Shown here piece after piece: positions 27,101 to 37,980 of a stretch of DNA of 64,000 bases; the first letter of the stretch is position 1, and every line of letters begins with the position of its first letter. Origin of the DNA: Chrysomallon squamiferum (lineage: Eukaryota > Animalia > Mollusca); assembly GCA_012295275.1 (NCBI GenBank), contig CM022670.1, positions 33,170,001-33,234,000 of the forward strand. Reading direction: 5' to 3'. Under the pieces are notes generated by a model, which saw only the letters and a program-made list of their open reading frames with translations, was not told the origin of the DNA and ran no database searches. The position numbers were made by a program, and so were the translations under genes.

Positions 27101-27846
27101 CGCTCCAAAATTGGGCATATCTGGCAATATATTTGGAAGAGTGATACAGGAATGAAAATGTTAGTAACTCCAGTCAACCAGAATGTGTTATAAATCCAGA
27201 TTTGATGAGTCACTTTGCTTTACTTACTAACATTTTAGCACAGTATAACTTAATGAAAATTAGACTTTTGCTTTCTTTGAAGATGCATTTACTAATATTA
27301 TCTTTTATTTTATAAAAAGAACTGGATAAGTATTTCAATCGATGGGATACTGATGGTGATGGGTTGGTTCTGGCATCGGATTTGCCAAATTTTCTAGGAT
27401 CTGCTGCTCCCAATGAAGAATTACTTCATCTGTTTGATAAGAATCATGATGGAAAATATTCATTATCTGAATTTGCAAATGCATTAGGAATCAAAGACAG
27501 GACTTGGTAAGTTGTACAAATTTGTCGTGTTATTGTAAATAAAAACAAATGTTTGATGCTGCTGCTGCTGGTGATGATGCATATGAAAATAAAGATGATC
27601 ATATGAATAACAATAAACAAAAACAGAAAATTAGGATTGTAGTTTGTATGATATTTACTTTATTTTATTTTACTTTTTGTTAGGATTATCATAGACAATT
27701 ATCATTTTTGCAAAAGCTATGTTTGCCACCTCAAAATGGCACAGACTAAAATGTATTGTTAAATGCTCATTTATTCTGATAGGATCAAAATAAAATTAAT
27801 AGATAAAATAGTTTACTGACAACATTGTTTTTATTTGTTTTTCAGA
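16153..27846 (+). CDS. EFCAB14: EF-hand calcium-binding domain-containing protein 14-like, multi-exon CDS (canonical isoform, about 506 aa; 532 aa with the optional exon)
   Basis: Phase-consistent GT-AG exons: 16153-16307, 17651-17799, 18255-18391, 18736-18834, 20152-20274, 21434-21511, 21871-21963, 22268-22345, (22789-22866 optional), 23022-23120, 23660-23804, 25817-25882, 26309-26419, 27320-27506, 27846. The start MKKRRELDALVG matches the recalled vertebrate EFCAB14 start MKKRKELNALIG. It is followed by an acidic SDS-EEF patch, a Cys-rich TM helix, a long coiled coil with many N-glycosylation sequons, and two C-terminal EF-hand loops ending ..ALGI. Confidence 0.92.
17651..17799 (+). CDS. 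EFCAB14: EFCAB14-like exon 2b, TM helix and start of coiled coil
   Basis: WAGFCSCSTCLGLTGFVILMVCFITCSGLIWLHFELKRDLDNLRERIVT; ttttag acceptor, G|gtaata donor. Confidence 0.92.
18255..18391 (+). CDS. EFCAB14: EFCAB14-like exon 3 (first shared exon, coiled coil)
   Basis: VENHGQAVPEDLQVVKRQVQTINKTVQDLKKENKETTEVVNGFNQQ; tttctag acceptor, gtaagt donor. Confidence 0.9.
18736..18834 (+). CDS. EFCAB14: EFCAB14-like exon 4
   Basis: LASLIVDVNSLKESLKEAPELKELPNRIETLSS; tttacag / gtaagt; 99 nt, phase 0-0. Confidence 0.9.
20152..20274 (+). CDS. EFCAB14: EFCAB14-like exon 5
   Basis: SLATLGSDVQLAKKIIDDLKVFQDSTNQQLRSLTDRITNVE; tttacag / gtatac. Confidence 0.9.
21434..21511 (+). CDS. EFCAB14: EFCAB14-like exon 6
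   Basis: ALSSNISLSAKERSNESDKQLVNIPQ; attacag / gtaaga; 78 nt. Confidence 0.82.
21871..21963 (+). CDS. EFCAB14: EFCAB14-like exon 7
   Basis: VVNELGQQIFSVNNTLQSAVSALSQRIVELE; tgcag / gtatgt. Confidence 0.88.
22268..22345 (+). CDS. EFCAB14: EFCAB14-like exon 8
   Basis: NTTDTHKTLESLLFKVDNITNFINHQ; tttcag / gtttgt. Confidence 0.85.
22789..22866 (+). CDS. EFCAB14: Possible optional lysine-rich cassette exon (KSIKNVITMSLKNEVLKMKKVKKKKS)
   Basis: attcag acceptor, weak TCA|gtaaat donor; 78 nt, phase 0-0, open only in the required frame. Confidence 0.4.
23022..23120 (+). CDS. EFCAB14: EFCAB14-like exon 9
   Basis: LEENKADLNNTKTAQPAVSDFTEFKKITQSEIK; ttttcag / gtttgc. Confidence 0.85.
23660..23804 (+). 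CDS. EFCAB14: EFCAB14-like exon 10
   Basis: ALNGTVFRLNDKVSNLSLQFTRINKNLVNMSSVVDGMFYQLSSLNLQN; ctgcag / gtaaga; phase 0-1. Confidence 0.88.
23870..24392. repeat. Intronic minisatellite, about 39-bp unit
   Basis: Degenerate copies of gttgaaatggcaacctttaagattagttttatatataca. Confidence 0.9.
25817..25882 (+). CDS. EFCAB14: EFCAB14-like exon 11 (Thr-rich, symmetric 66 nt)
   Basis: ESTTSEQFDETNTPGLNDTYTT; ttttatag / gtactt; phase 1-1. Confidence 0.75.
26309..26419 (+). CDS. EFCAB14: EFCAB14-like exon 12
   Basis: AQPSSSVSLRDILTSNQPESRIISIKIPDGETIDNKN; tttcag / gtaagt; phase 1-1. Confidence 0.85.
27320..27506 (+). CDS. EFCAB14: EFCAB14-like EF-hand exon
   Basis: KLDKYFNRWDTDGDGLVLASDLPNFLGSAAPNEELLHLFDKNHDGKYSLSEFANALGIKDRT contains two EF-hand loops (DTDGDGLVLASD, DKNHDGKYSLSE). 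AAG acceptor preceded by a tactaat branch point near 27290. Confidence 0.92.
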
Positions 27847-28045
27847 ACAATAAATTTGTAAAGCAGCATCAGAGAATTTTGAGAAACTAAAGACAGTAGA
27901 AAAATCAGTTGAAGATTACTGGGTTAATTCAAAATAAAATATTTTGAGGAGATCTTCATATCAGCCACATGCTCATTGTGAGATTTAACAAAAAAAGTGA
28001 TCCTATTATATTTTTGTAAACAATTAGGGATTTTATTGTGTATGT

Positions 28046-28083
<38 letters not shown>

Positions 28084-30787
28084 TCTTGCAAGTAAAATAT
28101 CAGGATCAGATGAAACAATTTTGAATTGGTGGGAAGCATTTGACTATATAATGTAATTAATTCTTTAATAAAATTAATGTTCAGGTAACTGGTTTATACA
28201 AAAACTGCCAGTCATCTTAAATAATTTAAATATATGGATACATTTCTACATGTTCAGTATTATGTTATCTTTTCAGTGGATTTTTATATGAAATGTTTGG
28301 GGTTTTTTTCAATTTAATTTGTTTTTTTTCTAATTTCTCTTTTTTTAAATATTGGTTTAAAAATCTTTTTCACATTTCTAGCATAATATTTTATTATTAT
28401 TATTTGTTCTTTTTTAATTATTTTTTTTAACCTATGTTCATTGCTATTTCCATTCACATATGTGGCTGTGATAAGAAAAATAACTTTCTGTGAAGTGCAT
28501 TAACAAATTGCATAATTTAGAATGTCAGATTTAACATGCCATCCAGATACATGTGTATTCTGTCAGAATAAGCAAAGTACATACTAAAAAAAAAAAAAAA
28601 ACAAAAAAAACAAGATTAATCATTAAAATATTAACGACCAAGAAAAACAAAGCTTTGCCAGTGAAAATTTCAAATTTAAAAAAAAAAAAAAAATATTTTT
28701 TATTTATTTATTTTTTTATTTATTTATTTATTTTTTTTTTTATTTATTAGATTTTTATTTTTTTTATTTTTTTTATTTTATTATTATATTTATTTATTTC
28801 ATTTATTTATTTGATATTTTTTGTATTCATTTAGATGTAAATGATACAAGAAAGTTTTCACTGTAGCTTTAAATAAAACATAAATCTTGCTTGGCATAAA
28901 TTATTGATGAAAATAAAATTTTACTGTTTATTATACCGAATGTTTTTGAACATATTTTTTTTTGCAGAGACAGATATAAGTTTGTATAGAATTAGAGTGA
29001 ATTTTCTGCAGTGGTTTTTAAATGTTAACAGATTCGTTCATATAAAAGTATTTTTTAATTTTTAAATTGTTTTTCAAAATTCAAAAAATATATATATATT
29101 TATATTTATATATATAAAATAAAAAATAAATAAATGAAAGAAAGAAAGAAAAAAGTAAATAACTAGTTTTTAATGGTAGCATTCACAGTAGAAATATGCC
29201 TGATAATTGGTTAAATTATTTTTATTTGTTTTTTTTGTCATCTTTCTCCAATAAAACTAATCTGAAAATTTAAAATGTAATATTACAGTGGTATCAAAAC
29301 TGTATATCAATACTGATGTATTTTATGTTTGGGAAATGGCCTTGTAACACCATCTCTTAAATAAATAAAAAGTTTCTTTCATGAACTTTAATTTTTAGGT
29401 ATGGAGAATTACTTGGACATTTCCCATAGTTAATATAAATTATAATGTGAAGCAATTTTGTATTTCTGTAGTACTTTAAAATTGACTTAAAAATTTACTT
29501 AATGTTTTTGAGCTGTATATTTATATTGTGTGTGGTCCCTAGATACACTGATGATTTTGTATATGTTTAGTTTTAGAACCATGCGTGCAACATTCCTTTG
29601 ATGTAACAATAGTATCTGTACAGCATAACATATCCAGTGTTTTATATATACATGTGATTATTTATGCAATGATGTGTAAATACTATACATAATTATGTCA
29701 AAATCAGGTATTTTTTTTTTTTTTTTTTTTTTTTTTGTTGCTTTTCTTCTTTTAGAAGTCTTTCACCATTTTAGAATAAACACTTAATACAAATCAAACA
29801 CATATATCAACCGAATAGCTTATTAGTAAGCAGATTTTTAGTCAGAGTTCAGAAGAATTCTATTTTGCTCATTATTATATTTATTAGATAAATCTTACTA
29901 TAGAAATACACAATTAAATTTTGATTATGTCAAAAGTAATATAATGGAATGATATGAAAGTAAAGACAGCAAGAAAAAATCAGAATGATATCTAAACTGC
30001 ATTAAATTGCTAAGACTTCAAAGACCACTGATGCACTGAGCTGATTTGGACTGAATTTCAGGAACTTTTTAATTATTCATTAGGCAAATAAACAAAAAGA
30101 AATGGATAGTAAAATACTGTAGTTTTATCATTAACTGCTTTCAAACTCTGATCTACAGAGAAATAAAAAGTAAAAATTGACATAGAGACTTGAATACTGG
30201 CAATCATAATAGTGCAGAAATCCCACTCTGTACACTACATAACTGCAGTTTGCAAATGATTTATAATATAGCCTGAGTGCAATATCAGGGTAACATTTCT
30301 TTATACAAACACAGGGAGTTTTATATATCGCATCTGGTGGAACTGTGCAAGATCATCACAAATTAATATTGTAAGATTCTGTTGTAAAATAATAAATATT
30401 ACTGTGAAATGTTTTAGTCCCTACAACTGAAATGTCTTTTAAGACTATTTTTAAAAAGATATTAAACAGAAGTTTTGTTTTACTGTGTTTTTGTTTGTAC
30501 CTGTTTATTGTAGTAAAAACGGAGTATGTTGTTAGAATTACTGCCAGCTGAGTATTGACAGGGCTGCTTGTAATTGTTTTGGCATTATTGCTAAACTTGG
30601 ATTGTTGATTTCTGAACTATTTTATTTCATTTGCCTTAGTATATTGTGAAAATGCAATTTGCATCAAAACATAGTTAACTTAATTCTCTTCATTTACATA
30701 TCATTTTGATGTACTGAAAACTTAAAAATCAGTGGTTAAATTATTTTTCTTTTTTCTCTTCAGATTCTGGATTTATTTATTTATTTG

Positions 30788-30833
<46 letters not shown>

Positions 30834-32285
30834 GCTTAATTATTTTACATTTTTATTAAAAACAATTACAATAATACTTTTTAATTTGCTGTGATGCATG
30901 ATTTTTGCAATAATGGTTTCAAATGTGAAATGAAATAAAACAGGTTTATGACTGTTAAAATTACTCAGTGACATCACAGTATTAATTTTAATTGCTTACC
31001 ACCGAACAATAAATACTATTTGTCATATCTTACATTTATGTACATTACACAAATTCTTGGGTTTTTCTCTCTCTCTGTTTGACACATGGTTTGTATAATG
31101 CTAGTGTATGCTATTATCTTCTTTAGTGTTTATATCGTACACGATTGTTTTATTGCATAATCATTAATCATCTGTTTGGCTGTCAGGGGAAGGGGTAAAA
31201 TTGTGGTGAAGTTTTTTGAGCGTGAGTCACATAGTTGTTAACACTTAGTTAATTTAGATATGTCATTCAACTCACATCTAGTAGATAAAAACACTGAGTA
31301 ATGTTTATTGGTAATATGCTTTGAGGGATATATTTTTATTTTATTTGTATTACTACTGGTAATTTTTTATACAGCAGTTTAACAAGCTGTAATTTTGGTA
31401 TGTTCACTTCTCCAAATAAATAATAAAATAAGGTAATAAAAATTGAAATTAATAGAATATCCTATTTCATCCTTCTGAAATATGTTATTTTGTTTCTGAG
31501 CAAACCTTTCTTTAGTAATATTGCCTAATGTATACAAAAGCTTAAATTGCTGTCTTTCAATGCTTTATAATATTTTTTTTTTTTTTAATTATCTCAATTT
31601 TTATTTATTTATTTACCTATTATTTATTTATTTATTTAGTTTTATTTTATTTTATTTTATTTTATTTTATTTTATTTTATTTTATTTTTTTAATGGAGTA
31701 ATGTGTTATCTGAAATAATACCTATGATTATGCAGTACTGTATTTTAGATCTAAAATTTCACTGTATTTATTATTTCTGTTTAGGATTATATAGTGTGGA
31801 CAGAGCAATAGTAAATTTGTTGATGATTAATCAATACATATCATGATATGATCTTGTTAATTGTTTTCTTTGCTGATTATACATACTATTATTGTTATTA
31901 TCATCATCATCATCATCATTATTATTACGTATTATTATAATTATTAATTTCTCTGTATTTAAAAACAATTATTCTTTTAAATATCTTCAGTGAGGTAAAT
32001 GATAAAATAATTTTGTATTTATTATGGCTATTTTTCTTATTTTTTATTTTATTTTTTGTTTTGTTTTACTTTTTTGTATAAGATTTTAACGAGGTCTGAC
32101 AAAGACTAAGATAATTAAGATTAAATAGCTGTAAATTAGAAAATTGGTTTCTTATAGTACATTGTATAATATCTTTAGTGCATGTATTATCACCATGTCT
32201 TAGTTACAATTACATGTATTTGTGTCAACTGTTTTCTTCATGTAATTAGGTATACATTAAATACATTAAAATTATCATTTGCATT
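27846..32285 (+). other. Probable long terminal exon / 3'UTR of EFCAB14-like
   Basis: Strong acceptor tttgtttttcag at 27845, no ORF, and CpG-poor like the gene body. Tandem ATTAAA at 32256 and 32265 is followed by a T-rich tract. The 3' end is uncertain. Confidence 0.45.
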
Positions 32286-32728
32286 TATGAGTTCTGTTTT
32301 ATTTTATTTTATTTTATTTATTTAATCTTTGTAATTTTCCTTACCATAGTATTTCCAGTTAAAATGCGTCTCTCTTGGTCTCAGTATTTTCCAAATTTGT
32401 TTTCTTTATTTTTTGTTTTATCCCCCTTGGCAAAACACCAACCCTTACTAATGATAAAGAATGAGAAGATTCGATTTCCCTTTCATTTATGACATCATTT
32501 CTTAGATGTTCAATAAGAAATGAAATAATCAGATTGACTTATAAATAAACCGAATCAGTTGAGATGTTTATATCTTCACTGGTACAGATTAAGAATGTTT
32601 CTCACTCAAATGTTTCTCACTCAAAGTATTAGAAAATCAACAAACAAGTAAATAAATAAAGTGTAGAGTTTTTGTCGGGGTGGGAGGGTGGGGCTTGGAT
32701 GGAGTATTTTTATTTTATTTATATTTAT

Positions 32729-33450
<722 letters not shown>

Positions 33451-34019
33451 TATTTTTTTAAATTTTTTTTATATTCTAATCACTGTATATAATTACATAT
33501 AATATATTGTTTTGTTTACCATGACTTTGACAAGTACACAACGGCACTCATTTGCGATAAGCAAGTTTTGATTACAACAAAACGAAAAAAATGCAAAAAT
33601 CAGTCTTTTGAAACGATTTGAAAAGAACTTGTCCATTTGAGTTATTGGTTCATTTTCTCTGATTATGTCGAAGTATGGCTAAATTACTTCTTGGTCTTTA
33701 AATTGTGATTAATGTCCTGCGCTGCTAAGGCAATAACTATTTAAGTTTATATCGCTTCGTGTAAATGGGCTTTCAGTATTTTAAACAAATGAGACATGCT
33801 TTAAAGGCCTGTAAAGCGAATAACAGCCTCTTAGAAATGAAGTAAATGGATTTTGAATTTGCAGATGCACTTCAGTGCATAGTAGCGGGGTTGAAGTTAT
33901 ACTGTGTTTTTATTTGGTGTGTTTAGGTAAGACTTGCTGTAACACAATTTTCAAAGATGAACATCAGTCCGCCACACCCGAAACAGACCGATTGCGTGAG
34001 TTTTAAACTGACTTTTGTT

Positions 34020-34053
<34 letters not shown>

Positions 34054-35946
34054 TATTATTATTATTATTATTATTATTATCATTATGGTCATGAAGGTGA
34101 TAGTCGAAGTAGTAGTAGTAGTAGTTGATACTGTTGAAAGTAATTCAGTTTGATCGGGGTGGGTCCGAATGGCATGTATCCCAATATCCGAATCTGCAAA
34201 ACAATAACATATTAAAGATTAAAATTGATGATTTTAGAAAAGGCAAATGGTTAAAACTGTTTTTGTTGCAATAAAGCGCGAGCATAATAATTTCAAAGTA
34301 ATTTAAAAATAAGTCACAGTAAAAAGGTTGGGTTGCACAACACATACACATACATAAACACACACACACACACACACTCACATACATATTACGTTAGCCA
34401 TATAGCCCTACACTTTTATCTTTGTCCGCCCCGGTCTTTCAATAGCACATAATATCACTAGAAGAAAGTTTTCTGTCTTTTTAATTTATTGTGACTAAAT
34501 ATGGGATTGTTGTAATGTTATAAGTGAAACAAAGTTTTGCTAAGTATAGTAATATCGTTACAATTAAAAATAATAAACTACCACTACTATTACTACTATT
34601 ATTACTACTAATTCTATAACTACCAAAACTATTACTACTACTACTACTTTAACTACTTCTACTATTATTATTACTACCATTACTACTACTACAGTTCAAA
34701 ATAGTAAACTACTACTGCTACTACTATTACTAAACTTCTGTTACTACCATTAACACTACTATTTCTACTACCACTACAACTTGTATTACTCCTGCTAATG
34801 TTACGACTACGACTACTACTGTTATTTTTATTGCTACTACTACTACTACTAATAATAACAATAACGACGTCGATAACATAGTAAGATGAACTTAAAAACT
34901 ATAAATAAAAGTTTTCTTTTTTCTTTTTAGATTTTTTGTATTTGTTGTACAAAGAGCTAGGGGTGGTTTGGAAGTAAGGCCGTAGATTCTTATACGTACT
35001 GTATATTTACAACTTACGTTTGATGCCATAAAATAGGAGTTGAGACGTTTTGCACTGGTATGCCCAGCAGTTGGTTTGTAATTTCCATATATTCACAGCT
35101 ACAAACACTCAATTACTTATTTTCAAATAACGTCGACTAAAATTAGTATTTTTTATGCATTTTTGACAATCAGATGTATGACATTTTGCGTTCAATTTGA
35201 TATAGAATTGCTTGTTTACGATCTAATACATTACCATCCAATGAAAGCATTTTAAACTTACTGACTTCGTGTTGAAGTAGGAACAATGGAAATGAATTAG
35301 TATTTAAGGAAACTTTAACACCTTTTTTCTTTCTTTTTTAAATAAAAGCATATTAGTCTCTTTTTTAATGGATTTTTTTTATTATTCCATTTTTTTTTTT
35401 AATTTTTTTTTTTATCCTTCTTTTAGATCTAAAAAAATTAATTTTAAAATAAAATAAAAATAAGAAATATAAATAATAACATAGCAGTGTGAATTATTAT
35501 TCTGCACTTTGTTGTCTTTCTTTTATTCTTTCTCTCTTTCTTTTTTCTTTTCATTTTGTTCCTTATTTACAATACATGTATATAAACACAAACACACATC
35601 ACACAAATCCAACAATAAGCCAGCAACACATTATCTAAATCTAAGCTTGCAATCTGACTAGAAATATTACTAACCAACTGGCTAATTCAGTCCGAGTCAA
35701 AGCACGTGCATTCAGTGCAGATTAACATCTCAGTCTCAGTTGATAATATGCAGCTGACCTAATAAGAGCTGTAAGAGAAATTCCGTCACAATTTAAAAAA
35801 CAACAAAACAATAACAACCCACAATGCTGATCGTAAATTTCAAGTTATTTTTTTAAAATGAAAAAAAACAACATCATATGTAACACAACGATGGGGAAGA
35901 AGCAGAGGTGTTCACGAGAAGAGAATCGCTAAAAAGTAACGACCAG

Positions 35947-37617
35947 ATGAATAACGTAAATATCGACGTAACGAATGCAGCAGGCGACTCGACAAGCGTC
36001 ATCGATGTCCTGTTTGTTAAATTTTCTACGGAACCAGCAAGCTCAGCAACAGCCGTCGCCAACGAGTCGCACCGAATTATCGAATACATTAACGGCAGCA
36101 TCAACCTGAGTATTATCTTACCTATTGTTGTAACTGGAATAGTGCTTCTAATAGTTGCAGTGTGTCTGTACTGCAACTCCAGGAAAGATCAACGTCGCCT
36201 GCGTCAACTCATGGTAAACAATCAGGGTACGGGATGCATTCGGCCATTCGTGTCACCACCCAAAACTTTTCGCCGCACGAACTCGGCCAGACATTCTGCT
36301 CGTTCTTCGAAATCGTCGAGATCACGTGACCTGAATCTGTACGAAAGGATCAGCATTGCCCCAGCAGAAAATGATAACAAGTCTCTTCTTTCCGGTCACG
36401 AAAGCCGAATGGTCGGATCAATGTCACCGAAACTGTCGATTATTGACGAATTTAAAGAATCAAAAGGAAAAACGTCGAGAGGTGTGTGTTATGATTCAGG
36501 AGATATTCCTATGCATTCGTTCAACAATACATCGTGGCTGACATCGCAGTCTGTGAAAGACAACAGGATGAAAGAAAGCTTCGAGTATGAAAATCCATAC
36601 TTTTCAGCTCCAGGAAAGCTCGCTGGCCACAAATCTAACTATGGGTATAGTCCGGGAAATTCTCCGTTTTTCCCTAACAACAACACGCCGACCACTGATT
36701 GTGACAGGACTTCCGACAGAGATACCTATGTGCCTGAGGCAGACTGCACGAGTCTGAACAATACCAGGTCGTTTTCTAATAGCGACCAAACAGCACACCT
36801 TCCGCCACCGAACCCGCATCCTTCTCTTGAAGCCATAGAACTGTCATCTATAGCTACTTATCCAGAGTTAAGTTTTCCTGCTAGACAGCAGTTTGAGAAC
36901 ATGCAACAAGAGACCATTGCCCAGCTGTCTTCCCAGTCCAGCTATACGGACAGTACGAGTGATTCGTTGAGTCTTCCCAGTAGCATTTCCAGATACCATG
37001 CCAGCAGACTGTACGGCAACACCCCGTCCCAGCTATACCCTTTAGCGAGCACACACAACAGCTCACCCATGAGATTTAACTTAACTTTAGCCAGTAGTAT
37101 TGAAGTCTCGGACCACTATTCAGACAACACGTCAATGCTGCCATGCGTCGGAAGTAGCATTACTTCAGCTGACGTCCAGGCCACTGCAAACTCAAACACC
37201 TACGAATCATTTTCAAACGAAAAACTCATGTACGATAATCTTGGTTTTGAATCAGATCAACTACAAGAAAAGTCTTCAAGTGCTCCCGCTACTCGTCGTG
37301 GTAGCATCAGCAAAGCAGATGTCGGTACAAACGCTAGCGGAAAATCTTCATTTGGAGTTAACTTGTTCCGCAGTTGGAGTGTCACTGCTGATCTTGACGT
37401 CAGCTCGTTGAGCCACCTGCACTCGAAGTTGTTAACGCCGTTGTCGTTGCTTAAGAAATCGACCCTGACGTTGCCATCCCGACAGAACAACAGACTTTCA
37501 TTTTTGGGACATGTTCCATCGCCAGTTTTTAACATCAATCAAGTCGCTGAGCCAGCTCAAGTTCGTAAAGTGAAATTTACTGTTCCCGTTCTTGATAAGA
37601 AGCAATACTGGGTCTGA
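35947..37617 (+). CDS. Intronless single-pass membrane protein of unknown family, 556 aa, with a long Ser-rich cytoplasmic tail
   Basis: 1.7-kb uninterrupted GC-richer ORF; first in-frame ATG at 35947. Short N-terminus with NES/NGS/NLS sequons and no signal peptide. TM IILPIVVTGIVLLIVAVCLYC is followed by basic residues. Ends RKVKFTVPVLDKKQYWV. AATAAA at 37985. Confidence 0.9.
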   Translation: MNNVNIDVTNAAGDSTSVIDVLFVKFSTEPASSATAVANESHRIIEYINGSINLSIILPIVVTGIVLLIVAVCLYCNSRKDQRRLRQLMVNNQGTGCIRPFVSPPKTFRRTNSARHSARSSKSSRSRDLNLYERISIAPAENDNKSLLSGHESRMVGSMSPKLSIIDEFKESKGKTSRGVCYDSGDIPMHSFNNTSWLTSQSVKDNRMKESFEYENPYFSAPGKLAGHKSNYGYSPGNSPFFPNNNTPTTDCDRTSDRDTYVPEADCTSLNNTRSFSNSDQTAHLPPPNPHPSLEAIELSSIATYPELSFPARQQFENMQQETIAQLSSQSSYTDSTSDSLSLPSSISRYHASRLYGNTPSQLYPLASTHNSSPMRFNLTLASSIEVSDHYSDNTSMLPCVGSSITSADVQATANSNTYESFSNEKLMYDNLGFESDQLQEKSSSAPATRRGSISKADVGTNASGKSSFGVNLFRSWSVTADLDVSSLSHLHSKLLTPLSLLKKSTLTLPSRQNNRLSFLGHVPSPVFNINQVAEPAQVRKVKFTVPVLDKKQYWV

Positions 37618-37896
37618 TATGTAACACAGCCATTTAAATTTCCATTACACAGAATTGCTACAGTTTTCTCATTACAATTTATGCACATGTATTTAGTTAT
37701 TCGTTTATGTATTTGATATTGGCATAATAGGTTATTATCTACTTTTGTCCTTTCTTTATCGTACTTAATTTAATTTTGTGTTCGTCTCCTCGTGTCCTGT
37801 GTATTTATTTACTGTCAAGATAATTTGTTCTCCGCACTAACTTTTCTAGAATAACAACTGACTGATAATTTCATTTATCCATAAAGTATGTGTGTA

Positions 37897-37899
<3 letters not shown>

Positions 37900-37977
<78 letters not shown>
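37900..37977. repeat. (CT)n microsatellite just upstream of the poly(A) signal
   Basis: Directly visible. Confidence 0.95.

Positions 37978-37980
<3 letters not shown>

Noticed and set aside
27846-28150. Selenocysteine recoding of the split TGA via a SECIS near 28090-28145 (ATGA...AA...GA)
   Set aside because: The required helix between the ATGA and GA quartets does not pair, and EFCAB14 is not a known selenoprotein.
35908-35946. GTG start given by the ORF track for the 569-aa ORF
   Set aside because: Eukaryotic locus; the first in-frame ATG is at 35947 and nothing supports GTG initiation.
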